Positions 36,780 through 47,336 of a stretch of 64,000 bases of DNA are shown piece by piece. The stretch spans positions 96,001 through 160,000 of the forward strand of contig CAVPZX010000004.1 of the NCBI GenBank assembly GCA_963710375.1, in the 5' to 3' direction. Source of the DNA: Nitrospirota bacterium (GTDB lineage Bacteria; Nitrospirota; Thermodesulfovibrionia; Thermodesulfovibrionales; Dissulfurispiraceae). Each line of letters starts with the position of its first letter. The stretch's first letter is position 1. Position numbers and translations under genes: made by a program. The notes beneath the pieces were generated by a model. It was not told the DNA's origin. It did no database searches and worked only from the letters and a program-made list of their open reading frames with translations.

Positions 36780-37250
36780 CTATTGAATACTGAGATTGGG
36801 TTTATGAGGGTTATGACACGTAGAGCATTCAAAGTCTCTGTTATGGGTGTCAGGGTCTATCCCCTTAATGTTCGCCCTCCCGCTTGTCGGATAAGGCAGG
36901 GGGTAATGACACCTGAGGCATAGAGCCCGGCTCCGGTCAATTACCAATTTTGGAGGATTAGCCGGATGATCGATAGCCGGACCGTGGCAGTTCTCACACT
37001 GGATGATTGCATGCGGCGATTTCATTATGCTTTCAAACTTATCGGCATGACAGTCTTTGCAGTAATCCCGTCCCTGGTATTTGACCTGAACTTTTTTCCA
37101 GTCCTCTATGTTGCCTTCTCTGTACCAGCCGTACATATAACCCCTTTCATGAATGCCAAAATCATGCGGGACATATAAGCTTCTTGTAATCAGGATTAGT
37201 ATGACAATCCCGATGACAACAAAAAGCGGCCTCCAGACATGGTTTCCCAT
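36780..37250 (-). CDS. Membrane-anchored tetraheme cytochrome c (CbcS-like)
   Basis: N-terminal TM, 4 CxxCH. Confidence 0.88.
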   Translation of the reverse strand: MGNHVWRPLFVVIGIVILILITRSLYVPHDFGIHERGYMYGWYREGNIEDWKKVQVKYQGRDYCKDCHADKFESIMKSPHAIIQCENCHGPAIDHPANPPKLVIDRSRALCLRCHYPLPYPTSGRANIKGIDPDTHNRDFECSTCHNPHKPNLSIQ

Positions 37251-37276
37251 ATAATTACCTCCAGAACAAAAAATAC

Positions 37277-37310
37277 AGGAAGTAAAAAAGGATACCCTTT
37301 TTTACTTCCT
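37277..37310 (-). terminator. Intra-cluster hairpin (terminator, attenuator or operator)
   Basis: Perfect 15-bp stem AGGAAGTAAAAAAGG, 4-nt loop, T-run downstream on minus strand. Confidence 0.55.
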
Positions 37311-37340
37311 TTTCTATTATAACATGTTGTCTTGTGCCTA

Positions 37341-38363
37341 TTAAGGTCCTATAAATTTACTCGGGTCCCTGTACTCATGGCATTTTGTGCAGGTCGTTTT
37401 CGCCTGGGCCGGCGTTATATGCCATATATGAGGTTTATGGCAGTCCATGCATTTCATATTCATAGTTTTGATATGCAATGAATGTTTCCCTACGCCCGGC
37501 TCGACTTTATGGCACGCCAGGCAATCGCCCATATCAGGCTTGACCTTTGCGTGAGGCTTATGGCACACATAGCAGTAGAACTGCATCGGCGCATCTGCCG
37601 GGACATTGATCTTGACCGCTCTGTTAATAAGGGCTGGACTAGGCTTGAAATATTTTACGTCAATGCTGCCGGCAGCGATAAGCTCCTTCCTGACCTGTTC
37701 ACCGCCGTGGCAAAAGAGACATTTGTTCCTGCTTGGCTTCAGGTCCACAGTGCGGTCTGTATGACAGTTTATGCAGGCGAGTGCTTCCATGCCTGTCCCA
37801 TGGACCTGTCTGTCCTTATGGCATCTAAGACAGAAGCGTTGTTCGGGAACAAATTGATGGGTGACAAAGCCGTGACATTTCACGCATTCTATCTGTTCAA
37901 GGAAAAAATGTTTTGCGTGAAACCTGGACTTGTTTACAAGCGGCGCATTGGGAAATTTCGGGTTTCTTTCCCAGTGGCATTTCTCACAGACCTTCCATGC
38001 AACGATTATTGCGCCATGCCTCGGCGAAACAGTCCTGTCCCCGAGTACTGCGAATCTGTAAAGCTGGAGGATCTGGTCTTTCTTTGTTGTAAGGTGGCAT
38101 TGGTGGCAGCCCACTCTGTTATGTACGCTCGTAGCCCATGCCTTGTTGGCAGCATCGTGCACATGGCACATCATGCAGGAACTGGGATCATTCTCAAAAT
38201 ACTCATTTATCTCATACCCGGTAAGTCCTATAGCGACAATAAACATGAATGCGATTATCACGAGAATCATCCTGGTTTTGGGTGAAATACCCTCGGTAAA
38301 CCATGTGATAACTTTTTCCATCAAGCTAAACGGATTAAGCATCTTAAAAATCTTAAACATCAA
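37341..38363 (-). CDS. Membrane-anchored 11-heme cytochrome c with NapC/NirT-like N-terminus
   Basis: N-terminal TM, 11 CxxCH counted, W-x-x-S-x-H after first heme. Confidence 0.88.
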   Translation of the reverse strand: MMFKIFKMLNPFSLMEKVITWFTEGISPKTRMILVIIAFMFIVAIGLTGYEINEYFENDPSSCMMCHVHDAANKAWATSVHNRVGCHQCHLTTKKDQILQLYRFAVLGDRTVSPRHGAIIVAWKVCEKCHWERNPKFPNAPLVNKSRFHAKHFFLEQIECVKCHGFVTHQFVPEQRFCLRCHKDRQVHGTGMEALACINCHTDRTVDLKPSRNKCLFCHGGEQVRKELIAAGSIDVKYFKPSPALINRAVKINVPADAPMQFYCYVCHKPHAKVKPDMGDCLACHKVEPGVGKHSLHIKTMNMKCMDCHKPHIWHITPAQAKTTCTKCHEYRDPSKFIGP

Positions 38364-38418
38364 AAAGTCCCCCTTTATTAATCAAAAATAATATTTGGAA
38401 ATCGTCTTAATGTTTTGG

Positions 38419-39708
38419 TCAATTCCTAAGGGTTGAAAGCACCTTGTACGCTGCACTGATAGTCTTTTCTATATCGGCATTTGTGTGTGCGAGGGAAATG
38501 AATCCGGCTTCGAACTGTGAAGGAGCCAGATTTATTCCACGATCCAACATGCCTCTGAAGAACCTTGAAAACTTTTCCGTGTCGGATGTCTTTGCAGTAT
38601 TGTAATCAACGATGTCCGTATCTGTAAAGTATGTACAGAACATGGCGCCGGCCCTGTAAAATTTTGTCCTGGCACCGGCTCTCTTTGCAGCGTTGCGCAA
38701 ACCCTCTCCAAGGAGACGCATTTTCCCATCAAGTTTTTTATATATATCTTTACCCGAGAGTATTTTCAATGTCTCTATGCCTGCTGTCATTGCAATGGGG
38801 TTCCCGGACAGCGTGCCTGCCTGGTAAACAGGACCGTCAGGAGAGATTGTGGACATGATCTCTTTTCTTCCTCCATAAGCGCCAACAGGCAACCCTCCGC
38901 CGATGACCTTCCCAAGGCATGTCATATCGGGCTTAATCCCGTAATATGCCTGGGCGCCGCCGTATGACACCCTGAATCCTGTCATCACCTCATCGAATAT
39001 GAGAACGGTACCGTATTTTTTGGTTTCTTTCCTCAAGGTTTCCAGGAAACCCGACACCGGCAGTACACAGCCTATGTTCCCGACCACAGGCTCTACAATA
39101 ACGCCGGCAATGGATTTCCATTCCCTGCTCATCATATCCTTGAAGGCTTTTATATTATTAAAGGGAAGGGTTATGGTGTTTTTTGCATATGACTTGGGAA
39201 CTCCCGAGCTGTCCGGGATGCCGAATGTCGCAGCGCCAGAGCCTGCCTTAACAAGAAGGCCGTCGGCGTGACCGTGATAGCAGCCTTCGAATTTTACGAT
39301 CTTGTCTCTTCCGGTAAATCCCCTTGCCGCTCTTATTGCGCTCATGGTCGCCTCGGTGCCGGAATTGACCATCCTCACTTTCTCAATGGACGGATATGCC
39401 TTAATCACCATCTGAGCAAGTTCGACTTCAAGCGAGGTGGGAGCACCGAAACTGGTGCCGTTGTCAATGGCAGATTTTAAAGCCTTCACAACGGACGGAT
39501 GGGAATGTCCCAGTATCATCGGCCCCCAGGAAAGGACATAGTCTATATATTCATTGCCGTCAACATCATAAATCCTGGAGCCTTTTGCATTCCTGATAAA
39601 TAGCGGCGAACCGCCAACTGCTTTAAAAGCCCTGACAGGACTATTGACTCCTCCAGGCATAAGACCGAGAGCCTTTTTATATAAATCCCTGGATTTTCTT
39701 CTATCCAA
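38419..39708 (-). CDS. hemL: Glutamate-1-semialdehyde 2,1-aminomutase
   Basis: [41 protein letters not shown]. Confidence 0.98.
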   Translation of the reverse strand: MDRRKSRDLYKKALGLMPGGVNSPVRAFKAVGGSPLFIRNAKGSRIYDVDGNEYIDYVLSWGPMILGHSHPSVVKALKSAIDNGTSFGAPTSLEVELAQMVIKAYPSIEKVRMVNSGTEATMSAIRAARGFTGRDKIVKFEGCYHGHADGLLVKAGSGAATFGIPDSSGVPKSYAKNTITLPFNNIKAFKDMMSREWKSIAGVIVEPVVGNIGCVLPVSGFLETLRKETKKYGTVLIFDEVMTGFRVSYGGAQAYYGIKPDMTCLGKVIGGGLPVGAYGGRKEIMSTISPDGPVYQAGTLSGNPIAMTAGIETLKILSGKDIYKKLDGKMRLLGEGLRNAAKRAGARTKFYRAGAMFCTYFTDTDIVDYNTAKTSDTEKFSRFFRGMLDRGINLAPSQFEAGFISLAHTNADIEKTISAAYKVLSTLRN

Positions 39709-39921
39709 ATCGTCCCCTGATAGTCTTGAAATAATTCTAAAAATTTATCATAAAAGCCACCATATTGTCAAAGTTTATAATAGCGGTTATAAATTTTAGT
39801 AATACCCACTACCCAGCAACCATATGGAAGGGATCGGTCTTTTTTCCTGAATAAGTCTTGTTGACAAGAGCGGGTTGGAATGATTAAAGTGATTTTTTAA
39901 AAAAATTCACCAGGGGAACAT

Positions 39922-40701
39922 GTGGAGAAACTGCCATTTCATAACGGCGCCTATATCACTGATCCATCAAAAGCCTCTTTATTTGCGAAGAGAATGCCTT
40001 CATTCGGATTTTACCGGAGGATGGCGGCCATAGTGTTCAGGGCGAGTTCCATGGCAAAACGCGGACTATACGGTGACAAGGAATGGTCAGATAGCAGCCT
40101 GGCTATCATGAAAGCCCTGGAACATGTCGGCGTTGTATTCGAAGTCACCGGGGCCGACCATTTTATAAATCTTGAAGTACCCTGTGTTTTTATCGGCAAC
40201 CATATGAGCACACTTGAAACATTCGTATTGCCCTGTATAATTGAGCCTTTTAAGGATGTCACCTTTGTTGTAAAACAAAGCCTCATCGATTACCCTGTTT
40301 TCAGACACGTAATGCGCTCAAGGGACCCTATTGTTGTCAGCCGTACAAACCCTCGCGATGATTTAAAGGCGGTACTGGAAGGAGGCACTGAGAGACTGAA
40401 TGCGGGAAGGTCAATCATTATTTTCCCCCAGACGACACGGACGCCTGCTTTTGATCCGGCAGACTTCAACACTATAGGGATCAAGCTTGCAAAGAAAGCA
40501 GGGACGCCGGTAATTCCTATTGCTCTGAAAACCTATGCATGGGGCAACGGAAAGCATCTCAAGGATTTCGGAAGAATTGACCCTTCCCCAAAAGTCTGTT
40601 TTGCGTTCGGTGAGCCGCTGGCCATCACGGGGAACGGGGCAGCGGAGCACAAGAAAATTGTAGAATTCATAAGCAACGCGCTGAAAGCCTGGGGTCCGTA
40701 A
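39922..40701 (+). CDS. PlsC-family lysophospholipid acyltransferase
   Basis: NHMSTLE (HX4D/E variant), FVVK, IFPQTTR. Confidence 0.85.
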   Translation: MEKLPFHNGAYITDPSKASLFAKRMPSFGFYRRMAAIVFRASSMAKRGLYGDKEWSDSSLAIMKALEHVGVVFEVTGADHFINLEVPCVFIGNHMSTLETFVLPCIIEPFKDVTFVVKQSLIDYPVFRHVMRSRDPIVVSRTNPRDDLKAVLEGGTERLNAGRSIIIFPQTTRTPAFDPADFNTIGIKLAKKAGTPVIPIALKTYAWGNGKHLKDFGRIDPSPKVCFAFGEPLAITGNGAAEHKKIVEFISNALKAWGP

Positions 40702-40918
40702 ATTTATGCAAGGAGCAGTCAGGCCACAGTGTTTCACTCAACTGCCCCCCCAAAGGTCTTTGACCTTTCGGGGACCCCGTCTTCTCGCAAGGCATCCAGC
40801 CTTGCTCCGAGGCTATGACAGCCTGTGTCACCATCCTTGGTGTCACTTAGGCTGTCAAAGTCCGCTCAGCACCATGTCCCGCCTGCTCCTTGCATAAATT
40901 TATGAATAATGTGGGTTA
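40699..40918. mobile_element. Palindromic mini-element family A, copy 2 (inverted, one arm shortened, 41-bp hairpin insert 40741-40781)
   Basis: Near-identical to reverse complement of 1564-1742 apart from the insert. Confidence 0.82.
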
Positions 40919-40943
40919 GTTGTTTATGTCTTTTTTAATATGA

Positions 40944-40961
40944 ATGTCATCATTTTGTAAC
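40944..40961 (+). promoter_or_regulatory. Candidate Pho box upstream of the phosphoesterase
   Basis: ATGTCAT-CATT-TTGTAAC, 11-bp period, AT-rich -10-like sequence ~10 bp downstream. Confidence 0.55.
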
Positions 40962-41013
40962 AATCTGTGGGTAATAATCTTTTACTACTAAATGCCGTAA
41001 TGGGGGAACAAAG

Positions 41014-43068
41014 ATGAAAAAATTTACAAAATTTTGTTTGGCTGCGTGGGTTACAGCCGCGCTGCTGCTGACACCTGTAATCCCGTCTGCATTTGCCGGG
41101 TCTCAAGCTGAGAACCCGATTGTCTCGGACCAGCCACGGGGCGACGCCGGACAGGACATCCTGAAATACCTCAGGCACCCGGCCACTAAACAAAGACTTT
41201 CACGGAAGCATCTCGTGAAATTGCTCCGGAAGCGGATCAAGTATGTATTCGTTATCTTCAATGAGAACCACTCATTCGACAACGAGTTCGGCACATTCCC
41301 CGGTGTCAACGGCCTTTACTCGGACGGCCGTAAACCGCGATCTGCCGAGAACACCCCGGGCTTCACCCAGACCTACACTGACCTCATAAGCGGCGAGACC
41401 ATCACGGTCCAGCCTTTCAGGATGGGACCTGAGCAGAACTCTACAGTTGTCGATAGCGTCAACCACTCTCACCCAGGGCTCGCAACCAAGCTTAACGTGG
41501 TGAACGGCGCGGCAAAGATGGATAAGTTTGCCTACGATGAGTATAACCGCTTCGCAAAAAACGGCGGGAGAGCCAACAACGCGAAGGGCATGCAATACGC
41601 ACGCCTTGTGATGTCGCACATCGACTGCGACACTATTCCATTTTTCTGGAAGTGGGCCAGCCATTTCACGATTTTCGACAATATCTTTGCGACCGAGGAC
41701 ACGCCCTCTACACCCAACGCGGTGGCTATGATTGCCGGGCAGTCAGGCGAAACGCAGTGGGTCAAGCACGGCCCGAACGGTCAGACCTACACTAACGTGA
41801 ACGGCCGCAATGGCGTCACGCAGGGACCGCCGCTCGTGAACGACCCGCAACCCTTCTATGGCTCCCAGTTCGACACGACCACTGTTGAGAAGCAGCCCGC
41901 AGGCCCAAGAGAGGACTACGCAGACAAAAATATAGCCTCGAACCTGACCTTTGCAAGTCTGCCGCTCACTTTTCAGGGCAACAATATCAAAACGGTTATG
42001 GAAAAGAACCTGAACCCTTCTTTCGACCTGCCGGACATCGGGAAAGACATCCCATTCATCCAGCGTCTAAGTCTCAATCCCGTCAACTGGCGCTGGTACC
42101 AGGAAGGCTATGACCTCGAGTCAACTGATTCCAACGGCATAGTTTCTCACAACTCCTATGTAAGCCATCATCAGGGTCCGCAGTATTTCGGCTACCTTGC
42201 CAACACGCCGCAGATTCGCCCGAACCTCCGAGGCATGACTGACTTCTTCAACGACATGGCAAACAACGCTCTGCCTAAAGGCGGCGTGTTTTACATCCGC
42301 GGCGGCTACACTAACCAGATGGGGCTGAAGCCGCCGATAACTAACCCCGATACTCCTGCGGATGAGGTTATTGCCATTGACAAGGCGAAAGCAGGCGACG
42401 ACGACCATCCCGCCTACACCGACCGGCAGATCAGCGAAGCGATGGCAGCCCGCGTGATCAACGCAATTGCTGCAGACCCGAAACTCTGGAATAAGAGCGC
42501 AGTCATCATAACGTACGATGAGTCAGATGGGTTTTATGACCACGTGCCGCCACGCATCCTTTCCTACGGGCCGGACGGGCTGCCCCTTGCCCGCGGAATC
42601 CGCGTGCCCCTGATTCTGATCTCACCATATGCGAGGACTCATGCCGTGTCGCATGCTGAAGGCGATCATAATGCGATAATCGAGACGATCAATTACATCT
42701 TCGGACTGCCCCCGCTCGCCAGCCTTCCCGATGAGGCGGAGGCGCTGAAAGAAGGCAACTCCCCGGCCTTCAACAAGTTCGGCCCGTCCGGATTCGAGCA
42801 GAAGTATCTCGGGCCTCGCGATATCAACTCACCAATCACCGACAGCCTGCTGTCGGGCTTCGATCCAATGCGCCTGATGGGCGTTTTACCGCCGCTGCCG
42901 GCATCTTTCGCTAGTATCCCGGACAGTGTAGTAAACTCGCTGCCTCACTACGGCGGGCACGGCTGCAAAGCGATGGGGATCGAGCCGGAGGATGTTAGGC
43001 AGGACATTGTGAACAAAATTCCATCCGGTTTTAACCCGTTGCCTAGTACTTACCCGGCTGCCAATTGA
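41014..43068 (+). CDS. Secreted phosphoesterase (phospholipase C/AcpA family)
   Basis: Signal peptide; ENHSFD, PSTPN, DDHP, TYDESDGFYDHV, GIRVP. Confidence 0.9.
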   Translation: MKKFTKFCLAAWVTAALLLTPVIPSAFAGSQAENPIVSDQPRGDAGQDILKYLRHPATKQRLSRKHLVKLLRKRIKYVFVIFNENHSFDNEFGTFPGVNGLYSDGRKPRSAENTPGFTQTYTDLISGETITVQPFRMGPEQNSTVVDSVNHSHPGLATKLNVVNGAAKMDKFAYDEYNRFAKNGGRANNAKGMQYARLVMSHIDCDTIPFFWKWASHFTIFDNIFATEDTPSTPNAVAMIAGQSGETQWVKHGPNGQTYTNVNGRNGVTQGPPLVNDPQPFYGSQFDTTTVEKQPAGPREDYADKNIASNLTFASLPLTFQGNNIKTVMEKNLNPSFDLPDIGKDIPFIQRLSLNPVNWRWYQEGYDLESTDSNGIVSHNSYVSHHQGPQYFGYLANTPQIRPNLRGMTDFFNDMANNALPKGGVFYIRGGYTNQMGLKPPITNPDTPADEVIAIDKAKAGDDDHPAYTDRQISEAMAARVINAIAADPKLWNKSAVIITYDESDGFYDHVPPRILSYGPDGLPLARGIRVPLILISPYARTHAVSHAEGDHNAIIETINYIFGLPPLASLPDEAEALKEGNSPAFNKFGPSGFEQKYLGPRDINSPITDSLLSGFDPMRLMGVLPPLPASFASIPDSVVNSLPHYGGHGCKAMGIEPEDVRQDIVNKIPSGFNPLPSTYPAAN

Positions 43069-43080
43069 AGGGATAGCAAA

Positions 43081-43118
43081 GACGTGGATAGGGGTTGAAA
43101 TCGCGCCCCATCCACGTC
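43081..43118. terminator. Hairpin between convergent genes
   Basis: GACGTGGAT(A)GGGG...CCCCATCCACGTC. Confidence 0.5.
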
Positions 43119-43126
43119 CTGCATGT

Positions 43127-44248
43127 TCATTCTAAAACCACGTAGCTCTTCACCTTTTCGAGTCTTTTTCCCTTTATGCCCAGATCCTCGATCCGTGTTA
43201 TACTTCTTTCTCTGCGTGCCTTCAATATCCTGTTTACGGTGTCCGGTCCCAGTCCGGGCACTCTCAGTAATTCCTCTTTGCGAGATGTATTGACCCTTAC
43301 AGGATAATATTCGGGATGGTTTTCGGCCCAGACTTCTTTCGGGTCCTTATCCAGGCTCAAATTGCCGAGATTATTGAGCAGAATGTCCTGTCTGGAGAAT
43401 CCATACCTGCGCACAAGAAAATCAACCTGATACAAACGGTGTTCCCGGACAAAAGGCTTTCCCGGATTTGTCAGGAATTGCCTTTCACCAGGGATGTCCT
43501 GTTTACCCAGCCCCTTTTGATAGGCGGAGAAATAAACACGCTTGAAGTGCAGGCGATCATACAAACCGAACATATGTTCTATGATTTCCGAATCTGTCTC
43601 GTCAGAAGCGCCGACGATAAACTGGGTGGTACATTTGATTCTTGAGAACCTGCTGCCTGGAGCTGTAAGCTTACCCATCAGCTCCATCGGATGGACAATA
43701 TCTCTCATATAATCTTTTTTGTTGGAAAGCATATCAAAGTGTTTTTTGCCCGGCGTCTCGATGTTGAGAGATAACGCACTAGCCAGGGAAAGAGAATCCT
43801 CAATTGCGGCGTCCGAAGCGCCGGGTATAACTTTCAGGTGTATGTAACCCTTAAAATGATGTTTGTATCTGAGGATGCGCGCCACTGTATTGATCTTTTC
43901 CATAGTATAGTCCGGGTCCCTGACGACTGCAGAACTGAGAAAGAGGCCGAAGCACTTCCCTTTCCTCAGATATTCCAGAAAAATTTGGACGACCTCATCC
44001 GGATCGAGAGTGCATCGCCGGACATTCGTTTCAGACCGCAGTGGGCAGTATTTGCAGTCGTTTGTGCATACATTCGAGAGAAGGGTCTTCAGAAGCACGG
44101 AATATCCGCCCTGCGGCAGAGTAACAGGATAAAGCCACTTGCCGTCCAAGCCTCTTTTGCGCCGGTCTTCCTTATTGGTGCCGCACGCGCATGCCAGGTC
44201 ATATTGCGAATCTTCCGAGAGTATCTTAAGCTTTTCGATACGGTCCAT
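43127..44248 (-). CDS. Putative DNA modification/repair radical SAM protein with helix-hairpin-helix
   Basis: YDLAC, LLKTLLSNVCTNDCKYC, GLFLSS, YIHLK, REHRLYQ, LLRVPGLG. Confidence 0.88.
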   Translation of the reverse strand: MDRIEKLKILSEDSQYDLACACGTNKEDRRKRGLDGKWLYPVTLPQGGYSVLLKTLLSNVCTNDCKYCPLRSETNVRRCTLDPDEVVQIFLEYLRKGKCFGLFLSSAVVRDPDYTMEKINTVARILRYKHHFKGYIHLKVIPGASDAAIEDSLSLASALSLNIETPGKKHFDMLSNKKDYMRDIVHPMELMGKLTAPGSRFSRIKCTTQFIVGASDETDSEIIEHMFGLYDRLHFKRVYFSAYQKGLGKQDIPGERQFLTNPGKPFVREHRLYQVDFLVRRYGFSRQDILLNNLGNLSLDKDPKEVWAENHPEYYPVRVNTSRKEELLRVPGLGPDTVNRILKARRERSITRIEDLGIKGKRLEKVKSYVVLE

Positions 44249-44273
44249 GGGCAAATTACCTTCAATGATTATA

Positions 44274-46082
44274 TTACATGTCCAGCACTTCCCTTACTTT
44301 TCTCAGGAGCGTGTCAGGTGCAATCGGTTTGGGAATTAACTCTGTATCTGCTTGAAGCAGCCCTTTAATGATATTTTCAGTGTAGCCGCTCATGAATATT
44401 ACCTTTGTATAGGGGTTGAGACTCTTTATCTCATCATATACCTCCCTGCCATTTTTTAGCGGCATTATCACATCAAGGAGTATAAGGGACATCTTCTCCA
44501 TATTATCCTTGTACTGTTTTACCGCATCCTCTCCGTTTTCAGCCTCTATCACCATGTAACCGTATTCTTCAAGGCTTATCCTGAGGACTTCCCTTACCTG
44601 TGGTTCATCTTCGGCTATTAGTATAGTTTCGCCCTTACCCAACGCAATGGGCTGATTTGACTCCGCAGTCTCTTCCGCCTCCATGGATGTTAGCGGCAGA
44701 TATATTTTGAAGGTTGTGCCAAGCCCGGGCTCGCTGTAAACATTAATATAACCACCATGTCCTTTGACAATGCCGTAGACTACCGCCATCCCGAGTCCGG
44801 TACCTCGCCCCATATCCTTTGTGGTAAAAAAGGGCTCGAATATCCTCTGCCGGGTCGCTTTATCCATACCCTTGCCTGTGTCTGAAACGGTTATGAAGGC
44901 ATACATCCCCGGCTGACCGTATCCAAGTGCTGTCATCAATTCCCTATCAAGCCTGATTCGTTCGGTTGTCACACTGAAGACACCTCCGTCCGGCATTGCA
45001 TCCCTCGCATTTGTAACAAGGTTCATCATGACCTGCTCAAGCTGGTGTGCATCAGCCAGGACCGGTATCGCTCCGGGATGTAATATTGTTTTATATGAGA
45101 TGTCCTCCCCTATTATCTTTGTCAGGAACGTTTCCATCTTTTTAATGATCTCGTTCAGGTCCACGCGCTTTCTTTCGCTGATCTGTTTTCTGCTGAAAAG
45201 AAGCAGGTCATTTGTAAGGTGGGCTGCCCTTTCGGCGCCCTCAAGCATATGTTCGATATTTATCCGCTTGGGGTCGTCATTTAGCATGTTCTTTAGGGCA
45301 AGACTTCCGTAACCCATAATGGCTGTAAGGATATTGTTGAAATCATGGGCCACGCCGCCGGCAAGCTTTCCTACTGCCTCCATTTTCTGGGATTGGCGTA
45401 GCTGCTCTTCGAGCTTTCTTTTCTCAGAAAGGTCTTCTACAAGAGAGATCAAGTGCAACAGGTTTCCTTTGTCATCACGAACTACAGATACACTTACGGA
45501 GGCCCATACCTCATGGCCAAGCTTGTGAATATATCTCTTTTGGAAGTGCGCAACAGGTAATTTTCCCGATAATGCCTGGTTGATTAGATCCATATAGAAA
45601 TCAAGGTCATCCTGATGAGTAATGTCTTGGAATGTCTTGGTCATGAGTTCTTCTTCCGAATAGCCCAGGATGTTGCACAGGGCCTGATTAACGCGCAAAA
45701 AGCGGCCGTCCGGCGTATAAATTGTGAATCCTATTGCAGCATGTTCAAAGGTGTTTCTAAATCGTTCCTCGCTTTTCCGCAAGGCGTCTTCAGCTCTGTT
45801 CCGCTCAGCGATCATAAGACACATACGTTCCTCGTCCTCTCGCAATTGAGTGATCACTCGAATAAGGAGAGGCAGAATAATGAGAGAAACCAATAAGGCG
45901 GTGACAGTCCCGGTGATTATATAATCGCAAGTAACTTTCCCGTGAAAAAAAATACTCAACGGTGCAACAACAAACTCCGTTAGTATTATCGCAGATATAA
46001 CCGATAACAAAAGGAGTCGATGAGTTCTTATCGTTTTTAGTTTGTTAATTAAAATATTTATGTTGTTCGGGGAGAAATGCAT
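44274..46082 (-). CDS. Membrane hybrid sensor kinase (PAS-HisKA-HATPase-REC)
   Basis: QKMEAVGKLAGGVAHDFNN, NARDAM, PFFTTK..GTGLG, LDVIMP. Confidence 0.92.
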   Translation of the reverse strand: MHFSPNNINILINKLKTIRTHRLLLLSVISAIILTEFVVAPLSIFFHGKVTCDYIITGTVTALLVSLIILPLLIRVITQLREDEERMCLMIAERNRAEDALRKSEERFRNTFEHAAIGFTIYTPDGRFLRVNQALCNILGYSEEELMTKTFQDITHQDDLDFYMDLINQALSGKLPVAHFQKRYIHKLGHEVWASVSVSVVRDDKGNLLHLISLVEDLSEKRKLEEQLRQSQKMEAVGKLAGGVAHDFNNILTAIMGYGSLALKNMLNDDPKRINIEHMLEGAERAAHLTNDLLLFSRKQISERKRVDLNEIIKKMETFLTKIIGEDISYKTILHPGAIPVLADAHQLEQVMMNLVTNARDAMPDGGVFSVTTERIRLDRELMTALGYGQPGMYAFITVSDTGKGMDKATRQRIFEPFFTTKDMGRGTGLGMAVVYGIVKGHGGYINVYSEPGLGTTFKIYLPLTSMEAEETAESNQPIALGKGETILIAEDEPQVREVLRISLEEYGYMVIEAENGEDAVKQYKDNMEKMSLILLDVIMPLKNGREVYDEIKSLNPYTKVIFMSGYTENIIKGLLQADTELIPKPIAPDTLLRKVREVLDM

Positions 46083-46244
46083 ACTTCCAGGTCCCTTTTT
46101 TTAATAATATTTTACAGTTTAACACAACGCGGACTTCACGTGTGCCGGACAGGGCTATCGCAGATGCCAATAGACTGGAATGCTTGTTGTTCATAAGTCC
46201 AGCTGCGCTTGCGCTATTATTCTTTGATGGCCTACAATATATTC

Positions 46245-47030
46245 ATGCCGATCGGGCTTATAGGTGGAAGCGGACTCTACGATATAGAGGGACTCGCAAT
46301 AAGAGAGGAAATATCACTCTCCACCCCTTACGGGGCCCCGTCATCCACATATAAACTAGGCGATTTCGACGGGACAGAATTGGTATTCCTGGCCCGCCAC
46401 GGCGTCCTGCACCTTATTCCTCCTCACAAGGTAAACTACCGCGCCAACATGTGGGGTTTCAAATCCCTGGGAGTGGAAAAAATAATATCTATCGGAGCGG
46501 TCGGTGGTATAAACAGCGGTATGCAGCCCGGCGCCATTGTGATCCTTGACCAGATCATTGATATGACAATGGGTGCGCGGGCAGCTACATTCTATGATGA
46601 GGAGAAGGTTGTGCATGTCGATTTTACGTATCCCTATTGCGCCGAGGTGAGGGAAATCTTTATACAGGCTGCGGGCCGTATCAGCCTTCCGGTCAAAAAA
46701 AGCGGAACGTATATCTGCGTCAATGGCCCGCGGCTCGAGACGGAAAAGGAAATACAGTTTTTTTCGTCCATAGGCGCTGACGTTGTGGGCATGACTGCGA
46801 TGCCCGAAGCTGCCCTGGCTCGGGAGCTTGAGATATGCTGTGCCGGGATTGCCGTTGTTACTAATTATGCCGCAGGCCTTGCAGGCGCCAGGCTGACGAC
46901 CACCGAGGTAGTGGAGGCGATGAGGAATTCTTTTGATGCGATAAGGGCGCTGCTGAAGGCAGCTGTCCCGCAGATGGCGGCGCACCGGTCTTGTGCGTGC
47001 AAAGATGCATTGAAGGATGCCGAGATATAG
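46245..47030 (+). CDS. mtnP: 5'-methylthioadenosine/purine nucleoside phosphorylase
   Basis: IGGSGLY, TPYG, ARHG..PHKVNYRAN, GPRLET, VGMT..PEA. Confidence 0.88.
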   Translation: MPIGLIGGSGLYDIEGLAIREEISLSTPYGAPSSTYKLGDFDGTELVFLARHGVLHLIPPHKVNYRANMWGFKSLGVEKIISIGAVGGINSGMQPGAIVILDQIIDMTMGARAATFYDEEKVVHVDFTYPYCAEVREIFIQAAGRISLPVKKSGTYICVNGPRLETEKEIQFFSSIGADVVGMTAMPEAALARELEICCAGIAVVTNYAAGLAGARLTTTEVVEAMRNSFDAIRALLKAAVPQMAAHRSCACKDALKDAEI

Positions 47031-47034
47031 ATTC

Positions 47035-47227
47035 TGCAATTCAGACACTGAATAAGTCTCTTACGCTCAGACGCTACGTCTTGACAGTTCTAACGGCTCG
47101 TCACGCTACAGGCGCAAAATTCAGCCCTTCGGACTTCAGTTTCACGCCTGCTATACGCTTACTCGCCGAGAACTGTTACCAAGACTCCGCGATTCGCTCC
47201 GGAGACTTATCCAGTGTCTGAATTGTA
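47035..47227. mobile_element. Palindromic mini-element family B, copy 2 (no insert)
   Basis: Arms TGCAATTCAGACACTGAATAAGTCTC/GAGACTTATCCAGTGTCTGAATTGTA; core shared with 21049-21299. Confidence 0.8.
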
Positions 47228-47336
47228 GACGACTCCTTGACAGTGCTTATATAATCTTATTATCATTAAGTACGTGCGTTATAGCTCAGAAATATCAATC
47301 CTGTAACGCTGCACTCTCAACGCTCATGGAGGATTC

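Noticed and set aside
37482..38285. Long antisense ORFs over cytochrome and other genes (also 57526-58227, 46356-47048, 50117-50938)
   Set aside because: Shadow frames opposite well-supported genes, no motifs
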